This document shows positions 1 to 10,000 of a DNA stretch of 64,000 nt, in pieces. Within the stretch, counting starts at the first letter, position 1. Every line of letters begins with the position of its first letter. The translations under genes were made by a program, and so were the position numbers. The notes under the pieces are model-generated. The model saw nothing but the letters and a program-made list of their open reading frames with translations, ran no database searches and was not told the origin of the DNA. The stretch covers positions 107,220-171,219 of the forward strand of contig JACCWJ010000004.1 of assembly GCA_013697705.1 (NCBI GenBank), given 5' to 3'. This DNA comes from Gammaproteobacteria bacterium. GTDB lineage: Bacteria > Pseudomonadota > Gammaproteobacteria > UBA6002.

Positions 1-1
1 A

Positions 2-937
2 CCCATTATTATTGGAGTTAATTTCCTAACGTTTGTTTTATTTTTTATCGTTAATTCACCTGATGATATGGCGCGAATGCAGCTGGGGCAAAAACATGTG
101 ACTCCTCAAGCGATAAGTCTTTGGAAGCAATCCAAGGGTTATGATAAACCTCTTTTTGTTAATCCTACTCGGGGTGGTATTCAAAAATTTACGGATACAC
201 TGTTTTTTCATAAGTCACTCGCTCTCTTTGCTTTTGATTTTGGGACGTCTGATACGGGAAGGGATATTAGTTTTGATATTAGTGAGCGGATGTGGCCCAG
301 CTTGGCTTTAGCGGTTCCCACCTTGGTGGTTGGCGTCTTTGTCTATATCTTTGTTGCCATGTTTTTAGCTTTCTTTCGCAGAACTTATTTAGATATCACC
401 GGTCTTACAATCTGTGTGACGATGATGTCGATTTCTACCCTGTTTTATATTATTGGCGGTCAATATGTCATTGGGAGGGTGCTAAAACTGGTTCCCATTT
501 CAGGTTATCAAAGCGGGGTGCAGGCGATTAAGTTTTTAATCCTCCCCGTAGTCGTTGGTATCATAAGTGGTTTAGGAGCAGGTGCTCGATGGTACCGCAC
601 TATTTTTTTAGAGGAAATTCACAAAGACTATGTTCGTACCGCTCGGGCAAAAGGCTTATCAGAACAAATTGTTTTATTTCGGCATGTGTTACGTAATGCG
701 CTCATTCCCATTTTAACTGGCATTGTTGTGTTAATTCCCAGTCTTTTTTTAGGTAGCTTAATTATGGAATCTTTTTTTGGTATTCCTGGCTTGGGGAGTT
801 ATACGATTGAAGCAATAAGACAGCAAGACTTTGAAATTGTACGAGTTATGGTTTATTTGGGAACAGTCTTATATATTATAGGGCTGATTCTAACAGATCT
901 TTCCTACACGATTGTTGATCCTCGAGTGCGTTTCTAA
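2..937 (+). CDS. Peptide/oligopeptide ABC transporter permease (DppB/OppB family), 5' end truncated by window edge
   Basis: Frame is open from base 2 (PIIIGVNFLTFVLFFIVNSPDDMAR). EAA-type loop DYVRTARAKGLSEQIVLFRHVLRNALIP; C-terminus IVDPRVRF typical of DppB. Confidence 0.9.
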   Translation, partial: PIIIGVNFLTFVLFFIVNSPDDMARMQLGQKHVTPQAISLWKQSKGYDKPLFVNPTRGGIQKFTDTLFFHKSLALFAFDFGTSDTGRDISFDISERMWPSLALAVPTLVVGVFVYIFVAMFLAFFRRTYLDITGLTICVTMMSISTLFYIIGGQYVIGRVLKLVPISGYQSGVQAIKFLILPVVVGIISGLGAGARWYRTIFLEEIHKDYVRTARAKGLSEQIVLFRHVLRNALIPILTGIVVLIPSLFLGSLIMESFFGIPGLGSYTIEAIRQQDFEIVRVMVYLGTVLYIIGLILTDLSYTIVDPRVRF

Positions 938-964
938 AATAATATTAACTAGCCAGGTTTTTTG

Positions 965-3784
965 TTATTCGGTGACCGGAAGAGTTGAGACCATGTCTAA
1001 AACATTTTCGCCGCAATGTTTGGCAATTTCTATCCGAGTGACTGTTTTGAGTCGTGTTGCTTCTCGCCAGTCCCTACTTCGTGGGTGTATAGGTTTTCCT
1101 ATCCAGAGATGGATGGCATGGGGTCGAAAAAAAAGTCGCGAGCTTCTAAAAATTTGCCGTGTACCACGAATAGCTATGGGGCAAATGGGATAGCCCGTTT
1201 CTGTAGCGATTTTAAAGGCCCCCAGTTTGAAAGGTCTTAAACCAGCCGCGTAACTGAAGGTGCCCTCGGGAAATAATAATATAGAATTACCCTCAATTAA
1301 CTTTGTTAGTATGAAATTAGTATCTGACATACTTTCTAAAAAATCTGCTCTTTCTACCGTTAGGTGCCCTAATTTAGTGATGAACTTTTTGATGATGGGA
1401 GCCTTAGCTAATTCTTTTTTACCGACGATTAAGACGCCGGCGGGGAGAATGCCACTCAAAACAACTGTGTCTAGGTAACTCATATGGTTGGAGACATAGA
1501 TGGTGGATTGATTTTTATGAAGATGTTTGGCTCCCTTAATGGTTACCGGACATCCCATTAGCCTCAAGAGTGTTCGCGCCCAGAATTTACTGATCACTCG
1601 CGCAGAGTGTTGCGGTAAAAACCATAATGCTAGCCAGGTTGGCAGCATCGTAATAATTATAATTAACAAAACATACACTGTATAAATTGTGCGGAATAAC
1701 TTTGCAGCTACCCTGCTGATGCTTTTGCCTCCCCCCAATAAAAATAATTTTACAAACTGTAACCATGAGGGGGTAACTTTTTTGGTTAACCTGCCTTGAA
1801 GATATAAATCTTTTGTATTGGATCGTTGTAATTTTCCGCTCGAGGTTTTAGGGATTGATTTAGGGGGCACTAAAACCACTCTATCGGGCGGATCACCTAT
1901 AGAGGTGGTGATAGTTTCTATGATGTCATTAATTATTTTTTCTTGTTGCTGTAAGCGTTGTTCTCTTGTCTCAGCAATGACGATCAATTGTTCTGTGCCA
2001 TGCTTAAGATTAACCGCCCCAAATGCAACGACGCAGCCTTTTCTTACTCCTTTAATCTGACCTGTTATTTCCTCAATTTCCTGGGGATACAAATTGCGTC
2101 CCGCTTTTACGATGATGTCTTTTTTCCTACCCGTGATGAATATTTCTTCATCCGCACGGTATGCCAAATCGCCACTTTCCCACCACCCATCATGATGAAT
2201 TGCCTTAGTGGCCTTCGGGTGTCGATAATACCCTTGCATAGCGGAAGGACCTTTAAACTGCAACGTTCCTATGGCTCGATCTTTAAGCACGGCTCCTTGC
2301 TCGTTGACAATTCGAATCTCGTGATGAGGTAGGGCCTTACCGCATGACACAAATTCTATGCAATTTCGTTCTGCACTATCGCAAGGAGTGGCTACTTGTT
2401 CATGATTAAAATGATCACGATTAATTCTATCAATTCGCACGTGTCGGTTAAGAGGCGGAAAAGTTAATGCCACAGAAGATTCAGCTAAACCGTAGACTGG
2501 ATAAAGGCTCTCAGCCTTAAAACCATATGGCCCAAAACGACGGAGGAAATTTCTAACCGTTTTCGGGTAAATGGCCTCCGCACCATTAAAAGCGAGGCGC
2601 CAGGAACTGAGATCAAGTCCCTCAATGACAGGATCCTCGATCTTAGACACACAGAGCTCATAAGCAAAATTCGGGCCGGCCGAAAGTGTAGCGCGATGAT
2701 AATGTATTGCCCAAAGCCAGCGTTCGGGATGATTTAAGAAGGATAAGGGAGATAATATGGTAATCGGAATTCCAAAATAGAGACTACCTAACCATGATCC
2801 TATCAACCCCATATCATGGTAAAGAGGAAGCCAACTTACCGTCACATCGGTTGGCTTAATATTGATCGCTTCCCCAATCGAGCGAATATTTGAGAGTAAA
2901 TTATAATGCGTGAGTAATACCCCTTTCGGATCCCCTGTGCTGCCCGAAGTATATTGAATTAACGCATTATCTGGGCCTGAGAGTAAAGTTTCGGCAAAAG
3001 GCGCATCGACCGTCATGAGGTTATCAATGGTAACGACTGCTTTTAAAGTCGGAATAAAATTACGCAAAATTCTATTGAGGATTTGTACTTCATCGAATGA
3101 AATCAGAATACGAACTTCAGCGTTGCGTAATATTTTAGCTTCTCTTTTCGCATATTCTTCAATGCGATCAGGTCTGAAAGGCGGGTAAATGGGAACCGGC
3201 AAGCCCCCCGCAAGCAGCACTCCAAAGAACGCGTAAAAGAAAGCTTCACAAGTAGGCAACATTATAGCGACCGTCTGGCGAGGCTCAAGACCCAGTTGCC
3301 GAAGCCCCTTTGCAGCCTTCAGTGCCTTTTCATAGAGCTGACCATAACGGATTATTTTTTCCTTGCCCTGCTCATCCTGTAAATAGAGGTGGATACGGCT
3401 AGGCTCGTGCTCAGCATATTTTATTAACACATCCACTAATGTCGCGCATTGGGAAGGGTCGACAATTGACTCATCTAGAGTGGGAAAGAATTCATGGTAA
3501 TGAATGCGCCCCGGTGGATTAGCATCGTCAATAAAAGGGATGATATCTCGAATAGACTCTGCTTCTGCAATGAGTTGATCAGGTAACTGAATGACGAATG
3601 CTTTTTCAATGCGATGAAAAAGCTCAGCTCGTTCAAGGCTACCGATGCCCAGATCTTTTTCTAAGGAGGCATCGATAGCAACTGCTCGCAACGCTCGTTC
3701 AGATTCGAGCTCATTTAAAAAGTCTTTCACAATATGAAGAACTTGCAATTCCGTCTTTGAGGGCGCCGGAGCTTGTTTTTTCAT
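965..3784 (-). CDS. ACP - fatty acyl-AMP ligase - TM - PlsC-type acyltransferase fusion (939 aa)
   Basis: ACP-like DLGIGSLERAEL (Ser49); adenylation motifs QYTSGSTGDPKG, YGLAES, SGDLAY, KTSSGK; hydrophobic segment; LPLAT motifs NHMSYLD (HX4D) and FPEGT. Confidence 0.85.
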   Translation of the reverse strand: MKKQAPAPSKTELQVLHIVKDFLNELESERALRAVAIDASLEKDLGIGSLERAELFHRIEKAFVIQLPDQLIAEAESIRDIIPFIDDANPPGRIHYHEFFPTLDESIVDPSQCATLVDVLIKYAEHEPSRIHLYLQDEQGKEKIIRYGQLYEKALKAAKGLRQLGLEPRQTVAIMLPTCEAFFYAFFGVLLAGGLPVPIYPPFRPDRIEEYAKREAKILRNAEVRILISFDEVQILNRILRNFIPTLKAVVTIDNLMTVDAPFAETLLSGPDNALIQYTSGSTGDPKGVLLTHYNLLSNIRSIGEAINIKPTDVTVSWLPLYHDMGLIGSWLGSLYFGIPITILSPLSFLNHPERWLWAIHYHRATLSAGPNFAYELCVSKIEDPVIEGLDLSSWRLAFNGAEAIYPKTVRNFLRRFGPYGFKAESLYPVYGLAESSVALTFPPLNRHVRIDRINRDHFNHEQVATPCDSAERNCIEFVSCGKALPHHEIRIVNEQGAVLKDRAIGTLQFKGPSAMQGYYRHPKATKAIHHDGWWESGDLAYRADEEIFITGRKKDIIVKAGRNLYPQEIEEITGQIKGVRKGCVVAFGAVNLKHGTEQLIVIAETREQRLQQQEKIINDIIETITTSIGDPPDRVVLVPPKSIPKTSSGKLQRSNTKDLYLQGRLTKKVTPSWLQFVKLFLLGGGKSISRVAAKLFRTIYTVYVLLIIIITMLPTWLALWFLPQHSARVISKFWARTLLRLMGCPVTIKGAKHLHKNQSTIYVSNHMSYLDTVVLSGILPAGVLIVGKKELAKAPIIKKFITKLGHLTVERADFLESMSDTNFILTKLIEGNSILLFPEGTFSYAAGLRPFKLGAFKIATETGYPICPIAIRGTRQIFRSSRLFFRPHAIHLWIGKPIHPRSRDWREATRLKTVTRIEIAKHCGENVLDMVSTLPVTE

Positions 3785-3841
3785 CGCAATTGCTCATCCC
3801 GAGTAATATAATGAAATATTGTAATGAAATCATGTACAAAA

Positions 3842-3861
3842 ATATATGTTGGAACATATAT
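3842..3861. promoter_or_regulatory. Perfect inverted repeat, candidate operator in a divergent promoter region
   Basis: ATATATGTT-GG-AACATATAT between the divergent starts at 3784 (-) and 3925 (+). Confidence 0.35.
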
Positions 3862-3924
3862 AGCTACTCTCTAGCCAACTAATTACTTTAGGGGGGGCGA
3901 CATTTAGTGAACTAAGGACAGAAT

Positions 3925-5331
3925 GTGAAATTTGATTTCGTCTTATTATGGAGCGACCTCCTCATTTACCTTCTGCTCACAACGTTGGTGCTGTTCACGG
4001 TTTGGACAAGCCGTTTAGAGCACTGGCGTGAACAATGGGCTAGAGTAGGTCAAAGCAAGTTGGGCATGATAGCGTTGGTCATTCTTGTCGCTTATAGCGC
4101 AGTAGCGGTGCTTGACTCAGTTCATTTTCGTATTATACAAAACCCTCATTCCACCGCACACAAGATTGAATCTACTCAAGTGATGAGCCTTTTAGATGTT
4201 TTATTAAGTCCGCTAGGCCAACAAGATGAAAAGACCTATTCCGCTCCTTTTTCCATTTATGCCAGCACAAAAACCTCAGAGTTTATTGATGGCAAGTTAG
4301 AAACATTTTATCCGCGGTTAATTTTTGCGGGCAAGTATTTGCAATCGCCTAACGATAAAGCGGCTGATATATTTAACAAAACAGTTGCAGCCGTCGCTGT
4401 TAGCTCAATCATCGCCTCTCTCCTACTCACCATTTTTCTCATTCGATTTGCTCGCAAACAAAAAATTTCCTTCTTCAGCGCGTTAAACAAAATAGTCCGT
4501 GGTGATACTAAAATTGCATGGCGTGAAATTTTATTCACTACTTTTTTTGTCATAGGGGTTGTCTGTTTTATCAAAGGGGTATCTCCTTATTACCATGTAT
4601 TTGGGACGAATAAAATTGGAAACGATATACTGTACGAGACAATCAAAAGTATTCGTACAGGATTAATAATTGGGACATTAACCACATTGGTAATGCTTCC
4701 TTTTGCGATTTTACTTGGTACTGAAGCCGGTTATTTTGGGGGCTGGAGGGATGATATCATTCAATATGTATATACTACTTTAAGCTCTGTTCCGGGCGTG
4801 CTGCTTATTTCTGCCTCGGTACTTTCACTACAAGTTTTTATTTCTAATCATTCCGAATTTTTTCCCACGCTTGAAAGTAGAGCGGATGCAAGACTATTAG
4901 CCCTATGCCTAATCTTAGGCATAACGAGTTGGGCGAGTCTTTGTCGTTTACTGCGTGCAGAAACTTTAAAGCTGCGTGAGATGGATTATGTGAAAGCAGC
5001 AGTTGCACTCGGTGTGGTTAATATAAAAATAATTTGGCGCCATATTATCCCTAATGTCATGCATATTATTTTAATCACTGTGGTATTAGATTTTAGTGCA
5101 TTAGTATTAGCTGAGGCAGTGCTCTCCTATGTTGGCGTAGGGGTTGACCCTATTACTCCCAGCTGGGGAAACATGATTAATAGTGCACGATTAGATTTGG
5201 CTAGAGAACCTATTGTCTGGTGGCCACTTTGCGCCGCATTTATTTTCATGTTCATATTAGTATTGGCAGCAAACTTGTTTGCTGATGCGCTGCGTGATGC
5301 CTTTGATCCTCGTTTACGGAATGAAGAGTGA
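3925..5331 (+). CDS. Peptide ABC transporter permease (DppC/OppC family, extended)
   Basis: GTG start; EAA loop REMDYVKAAVALG, SWGNMI, and C-terminal DALRDAFDPR typical of DppC. Confidence 0.88.
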   Translation: MKFDFVLLWSDLLIYLLLTTLVLFTVWTSRLEHWREQWARVGQSKLGMIALVILVAYSAVAVLDSVHFRIIQNPHSTAHKIESTQVMSLLDVLLSPLGQQDEKTYSAPFSIYASTKTSEFIDGKLETFYPRLIFAGKYLQSPNDKAADIFNKTVAAVAVSSIIASLLLTIFLIRFARKQKISFFSALNKIVRGDTKIAWREILFTTFFVIGVVCFIKGVSPYYHVFGTNKIGNDILYETIKSIRTGLIIGTLTTLVMLPFAILLGTEAGYFGGWRDDIIQYVYTTLSSVPGVLLISASVLSLQVFISNHSEFFPTLESRADARLLALCLILGITSWASLCRLLRAETLKLREMDYVKAAVALGVVNIKIIWRHIIPNVMHIILITVVLDFSALVLAEAVLSYVGVGVDPITPSWGNMINSARLDLAREPIVWWPLCAAFIFMFILVLAANLFADALRDAFDPRLRNEE

Positions 5332-6968
5332 TGAGCGAATTATTACTCGATGTAAAAGATCTCATCTTAAAACTTCACTTAGAAGATAACGATACAACAT
5401 TACTTAAAAGTGTAAGTTTTTCCCTTAAATGCAGCGAAACCTTGGCTTTAGTTGGTGAATCAGGCAGTGGTAAATCTCTTACCGCTCTTGCAATTATGCA
5501 GTTATTGCCCCCCGGAATAAATATTGTGCCTACGAGTAGCATACTGTTTCAAGGACAAGATCTGCTCACCTTTTCTGAATTGAAAATGCGACAAGTACGC
5601 GGCAAGAAAATCGCTATCATTTTTCAAGAAGCTATCACGGCTTTGAATCCAGTAATGACCATCGGCGAGCAAATTGTAGAGGTGCTAAATTTTCACTTTG
5701 ATTTAACACGTAAAGACAGTTACCAACGTACGCTTTCTTTATTACAAGAAGTAGGAATGCCGACACAAGAATATTATTATAAAGCTTACCCCCACCAATT
5801 ATCCGGGGGGTTAAAACAACGTGCAATGATTGCGATTGCATTGGCCGGGGAGCCAAGTTTATTAATTGCAGACGAACCCACAACGGCGCTAGACGTTACC
5901 TTGCAAGCTCAAATTATAAAATTGCTAAAAACACTCCAGGCTAAACGTGGAATGGGTTTAATTTTCATCACCCATGATTTGGGTATTGTTTACGAAATTG
6001 CAGATCAAGTTGTGGTTTTGTACAAAGGTCAAGTGGTCGAAACTGCTTCTTCCAAAAATTTCTTCGAATCACCGCAGCATCCCTACAGTAAAAAATTATT
6101 CACCTCCTTGCCGACCTGGCTTGCACATACAAAACGTGAAGCCATCCCTAATGAAAAGTCGCTCTTAAAGGTTGAAAATCTCAAAGTGTATTATCCCATC
6201 AAACAAGGAATTCTTAAGCGCACAGTGGACTACATTAAAGCGGTAGATGATGTTAATTTTGTACTGGGCGCTGGGAGAACATTGGCACTTGTGGGAGAAT
6301 CTGGATCGGGTAAAACAACCACTGGAATGGCAATTGCTCGTCTAGCGAGAATTACCGGTGGACAGATATATTTCGACCATACAGATTTGGCGTATTTGAG
6401 GGGGGTTAACCTTCGTTCAGCGAGAAAAGATATCCAAGTTGTATTCCAAGACCCGTATGGATCTATGAATCCCCGCATGGTAATCAATGACATTATTATG
6501 GAAGGAATACGGAGTTTAAAAATCCCCATCGAAAATAAAGATGAACGTGTGAATACTCTTTTACAACAGGTGGGGTTAGATCCCGAGGTGAAATTTCGTT
6601 ACCCCCACGAATTCTCTGGGGGTCAAAGACAACGGATATGCATTGCCAGGGCGTTAGCCGTGCAGCCCAAGCTGTTAATATGTGATGAACCCACGTCTGC
6701 TCTTGATGTTTCTGCGCAGATGCAAGTTTTACAGCTGTTATTAAAATTACAAAAAGAAATGGGCTTAACTTATTTGCTCATTACGCATAATATTGCTGTG
6801 GTGGCTTATATGGCAGATGACGTTGCAGTGATGCGAGGGGGTAAAATTGTTGAAGCGGGTTCAGTCTCTGAAGTATTGAGTAGACCCAAAAATCCCTATA
6901 CACAAGATTTACTCGAAGCGGTACCAATGCTTCCTAAGAGTATAAAAATCATAAGTGAAAGCACCTAA
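5328..6968 (+). CDS. Peptide ABC transporter ATP-binding protein, two fused NBDs (DppD/DppF-like)
   Basis: Two Walker A motifs ([16 protein letters not shown]), two signatures (LSGG, FSGGQ), two Walker B motifs (IADEPT, ICDEPT); overlaps the permease stop. Confidence 0.93.
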   Translation: MMSELLLDVKDLILKLHLEDNDTTLLKSVSFSLKCSETLALVGESGSGKSLTALAIMQLLPPGINIVPTSSILFQGQDLLTFSELKMRQVRGKKIAIIFQEAITALNPVMTIGEQIVEVLNFHFDLTRKDSYQRTLSLLQEVGMPTQEYYYKAYPHQLSGGLKQRAMIAIALAGEPSLLIADEPTTALDVTLQAQIIKLLKTLQAKRGMGLIFITHDLGIVYEIADQVVVLYKGQVVETASSKNFFESPQHPYSKKLFTSLPTWLAHTKREAIPNEKSLLKVENLKVYYPIKQGILKRTVDYIKAVDDVNFVLGAGRTLALVGESGSGKTTTGMAIARLARITGGQIYFDHTDLAYLRGVNLRSARKDIQVVFQDPYGSMNPRMVINDIIMEGIRSLKIPIENKDERVNTLLQQVGLDPEVKFRYPHEFSGGQRQRICIARALAVQPKLLICDEPTSALDVSAQMQVLQLLLKLQKEMGLTYLLITHNIAVVAYMADDVAVMRGGKIVEAGSVSEVLSRPKNPYTQDLLEAVPMLPKSIKIISEST

Positions 6969-7018
6969 CATTTGGTATGAATTAATCAGCAAACATAATG
7001 AATTGAAGGTTTAAAAAC

Positions 7019-8128
7019 ATGGTAGAAAACATTGAGGACAATTTGTTATTTGAAGAAATCATGGGCGCAGGAGGCAGTGTAGGTCTTATCACTTTGAATC
7101 GTCCTGATGCTTTGAATGCCTTAACGCTGGATATGTGTATCGCAATCGATGACAAATTAGCGGAATGGGAAAAAATGGGTCACATTAAGGCCGTCCTCGT
7201 GCGGGGTGAAGGAGAAAAAGCCTTCTGTGCAGGGGGCGATATAAAATATGTTTATGATCAAGGTAAAAGTGGTGCCAAAAAATCTCGCAAATTTTTCTGG
7301 CATGAATATCGCATGAATCGACGTATTTTTCATTTTCCTAAACCCTACATAGCGCTTATGCATGGTATTACGATGGGCGGTGGCGTTGGACTTTCTGTGC
7401 ACAGTAGCCACCGTGTGGCTGCCGAAAATTTGGTTTTTGCCATGCCCGAAACAGGTATTGGTTTTTTCCCAGATGTGGGTGGCAGTTATTTCTTACCCCG
7501 ATGCACTGGCAATACCGGTATTTATATGGCAATGACAGGCGCAAAGTTGCATATCGCAGATGCGATTTATGCCGGAGTGGTTGATCATTTAGTCCCGAAG
7601 GAAAATTTTGAAGCGCTCATTACCGCCTTAGCTGAAACGAAGTTAAGTGGCAATGTTAATATGCAAGTATCAGATATCATCGGTTCCTACACCATGGATG
7701 CTGATAGTATGGATATTTATAAACCTCATCTACTCGAACATAGAGCAGAAATAAATCAGTGTTTTGCGGCTCATACGCTTGAAGGTATCTTAGAAGCACT
7801 GGTGAAATCACAAAGCGATTGGTGCCAAATCATCATTGCAAAAATGCTGGAGAAATCCCCTACTAGTCTCAAAGTCACCCTGAAACAATTATTATTAGGT
7901 TCGCAAATGGATTTTGATGATTGTATGAAACTCGAATATCGTGTTGCTCAACGTTTTTTAATGCACCCCGATTTTTATGAGGGCATCCGTTCAGCTATTA
8001 TCGACAAGGAGCATATCCCTGCGTGGAAACCGGATAACCTAGAGGAATTAACGCCTGACATCATCAATGAGTTTTTTGCACCGTTAAAACAAGAACTCAG
8101 CTTTGAGAAAAAAGCCGTGGTGAAATAA
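7019..8128 (+). CDS. Enoyl-CoA hydratase/isomerase family, 3-hydroxyisobutyryl-CoA hydrolase-like
   Basis: LNRPDALNAL, FCAGGDIK, MPETGIGFFPDVGGSYFL, DFYEGIRSAIIDK. Confidence 0.88.
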   Translation: MVENIEDNLLFEEIMGAGGSVGLITLNRPDALNALTLDMCIAIDDKLAEWEKMGHIKAVLVRGEGEKAFCAGGDIKYVYDQGKSGAKKSRKFFWHEYRMNRRIFHFPKPYIALMHGITMGGGVGLSVHSSHRVAAENLVFAMPETGIGFFPDVGGSYFLPRCTGNTGIYMAMTGAKLHIADAIYAGVVDHLVPKENFEALITALAETKLSGNVNMQVSDIIGSYTMDADSMDIYKPHLLEHRAEINQCFAAHTLEGILEALVKSQSDWCQIIIAKMLEKSPTSLKVTLKQLLLGSQMDFDDCMKLEYRVAQRFLMHPDFYEGIRSAIIDKEHIPAWKPDNLEELTPDIINEFFAPLKQELSFEKKAVVK

Positions 8129-8205
8129 TGGTGGCTATGGGTGGACTCGAACCACCGACCTCAGCATTATGAGTGCCGCGCTCTAACCAGCTGAGCTACA
8201 TAGCC
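8129..8205 (-). tRNA. tRNA-Met (CAT), elongator type
   Basis: Reverse complement GGCTATGTAGCTCAGCTGGTTAGAGCGCGGCACTCATAATGCTGAGGTCGGTGGTTCGAGTCCACCCATAGCCACCA folds as a cloverleaf with CAT anticodon and encoded CCA. It resembles elongator tRNA-Met; Ile2 is not fully excluded. Confidence 0.92.
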
Positions 8206-8229
8206 AATTTTATGCATAAAGGGCCGATG

Positions 8230-8258
8230 ATTCTGGCTTTTCACCTATCAGTTGTCAA
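8230..8258 (-). promoter_or_regulatory. Sigma70 promoter of tRNA-Met
   Basis: TTGACA-17 nt-CAGAAT followed by GC-rich CATCGGCCC, about 25 nt upstream of the tRNA. Confidence 0.7.
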
Positions 8259-8314
8259 GTATTTAAGGGTGGGCACTTTATCAGCTCCACATTATTTCCG
8301 TTCGCGGGTGCCCA

Positions 8315-9406
8315 TCAAACATTAAAACGAAAATGCATTACATCTCCGTCCTTCACGATATATTCCTTGCCTTCAAGCCTTAATTTGCCGGCATTTTTTG
8401 AGCCTTGCTCGCCCGAATATTGTAGAAAATCACTAAAGGCAATCACCTCTGCGCGGATGAATCCTTTTTCAAAATCACTGTGGATGACCCCTGCTGCTTG
8501 TGGGGCAGTCGCCCCAATCGGGATGGTCCATGCGCGTACTTCCTTCACTCCAGCGGTAAAGTATGTTTGTAATCCTAACAAATCATAGCCTGCATGAATG
8601 ACACGATCCAAACCAGGTTCTGTTAATCCAAGGTCCGTCAAAAATGCTTGTTTATCCTCTTCTTCCAACTCCACTATTTCGGCTTCTAGTGCGGCGCAAA
8701 CAGCAACCACTGAAGAATTTTCTTGGGCAGCAAAATCCATTACCTTATCCAGGTAGGGATTGTTGGTGAAACCGCTTTCATCCACATTCGCAATATAAAG
8801 CGTGGGTTTTACTGTCAATAAATGGAGGGGTTGCAACAAGATTTTTTCTTGGTCGGTAAGATTGAGGCTGCGTACAGGGTTTCCTTCATTAAGGCAGGCC
8901 TGAACTTTATCTAAAAGCGCTTTTTCAGCCATAGCGGCTTTATCGCCCGTCCTCGCTTGTTTCGATACTTTGAGTAGATTTTTATCAACCGTTTCTAGAT
9001 CTGCAAGCGCTAATTCTGTATTAATCGTTTGGATATCTGAAAGGGGGTCAATCGTATCGGAGACATGTATCACATCAGGGTTATGAAAGCAGCGTACTAC
9101 ATGTGCGATGGCATGGGTTTCTCGAATATTAGCCAAAAATTTGTTGCCTAAACCTTCTCCCTGAGAAGCGCCTTTTACTAACCCTGCAATATCCACAAAT
9201 GTCATTGTGGTGGGGATGATTTGCTGGGGCTTAACAATGTCAGCCAATTTTTCCATACGTTTATCCGGAACACCTACTATCCCAATATTAGGTTCGATAG
9301 TGCAAAAAGGATAATTGGCTGCTTCAATGCCCGCCTTGGTGAGTGCATTAAACAGTGTTGATTTGCCCACGTTGGGTAAGCCAACAATGCCACATCTAAA
9401 TCCCAT
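8315..9406 (-). CDS. ychF: Redox-regulated ATPase YchF
   Basis: [35 protein letters not shown]-terminal TGS domain. Confidence 0.97.
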   Translation of the reverse strand: MGFRCGIVGLPNVGKSTLFNALTKAGIEAANYPFCTIEPNIGIVGVPDKRMEKLADIVKPQQIIPTTMTFVDIAGLVKGASQGEGLGNKFLANIRETHAIAHVVRCFHNPDVIHVSDTIDPLSDIQTINTELALADLETVDKNLLKVSKQARTGDKAAMAEKALLDKVQACLNEGNPVRSLNLTDQEKILLQPLHLLTVKPTLYIANVDESGFTNNPYLDKVMDFAAQENSSVVAVCAALEAEIVELEEEDKQAFLTDLGLTEPGLDRVIHAGYDLLGLQTYFTAGVKEVRAWTIPIGATAPQAAGVIHSDFEKGFIRAEVIAFSDFLQYSGEQGSKNAGKLRLEGKEYIVKDGDVMHFRFNV

Positions 9407-9420
9407 GAGAACCTCTTTTT

Positions 9421-9999
9421 TTATTCGTTATGTAATAATCTAATGGCCTGTTGGAACTCCCCCACTAGGAAGCTCGGGAGCACTTTTTGCGCCGCGACAA
9501 TGGAGTCGATAATCAATTCAAAATCTTTTTTCGAGGGTGAGTTCAAAACATAATCAGTGACTTGATCTCGATGTCCCGGGTGACCAATGCCGATGCGTAG
9601 TCGATGAAAATTTTTAGTTTGGAGTTGTTGGATAATATCTCGCAAGCCATTATGTCCGCCGTGCCCTCCTTCCTGTTTGAACCGGATAGTCCCTGGTGGA
9701 AAATCAAGCTCATCATGCGCTACAAGGATGGCTTCGGGAGGTATTTTGTAAAAATTCGCCATACTCTTGATTGATAGTCCGCTGCGATTCATAAAGGTAG
9801 TGGGGAGGAGTAGCCAGTATTCTTGTTGTTGTATTTGAATGCGGCCAATGCGGCCTCCGAATTTGGCTTCTGGCTTTAATTCTATGCCATTATCTTGAGC
9901 CAGCATTTCAACAAACCATGCACCAGCATTATGTCTGGTCGCCTTATAATTGGGGCCTGGGTTACCCAGGCCGACAATAAGCTGAATTTTATCTTGCAA
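9421..9999 (-). CDS. pth: Peptidyl-tRNA hydrolase
   Basis: [35 protein letters not shown] start at 9999 chosen, just after the rplY stop; ORF track starts at 10017. Confidence 0.95.
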   Translation of the reverse strand: MQDKIQLIVGLGNPGPNYKATRHNAGAWFVEMLAQDNGIELKPEAKFGGRIGRIQIQQQEYWLLLPTTFMNRSGLSIKSMANFYKIPPEAILVAHDELDFPPGTIRFKQEGGHGGHNGLRDIIQQLQTKNFHRLRIGIGHPGHRDQVTDYVLNSPSKKDFELIIDSIVAAQKVLPSFLVGEFQQAIRLLHNE

Positions 10000-10000
10000 G

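Noticed and set aside
949-3877. CTAGCCA near both flanks of the fusion gene as a possible target-site duplication
   Set aside because: Only 7 bp, not at matched boundaries, and it also occurs inside the gene near 1631; consistent with chance.
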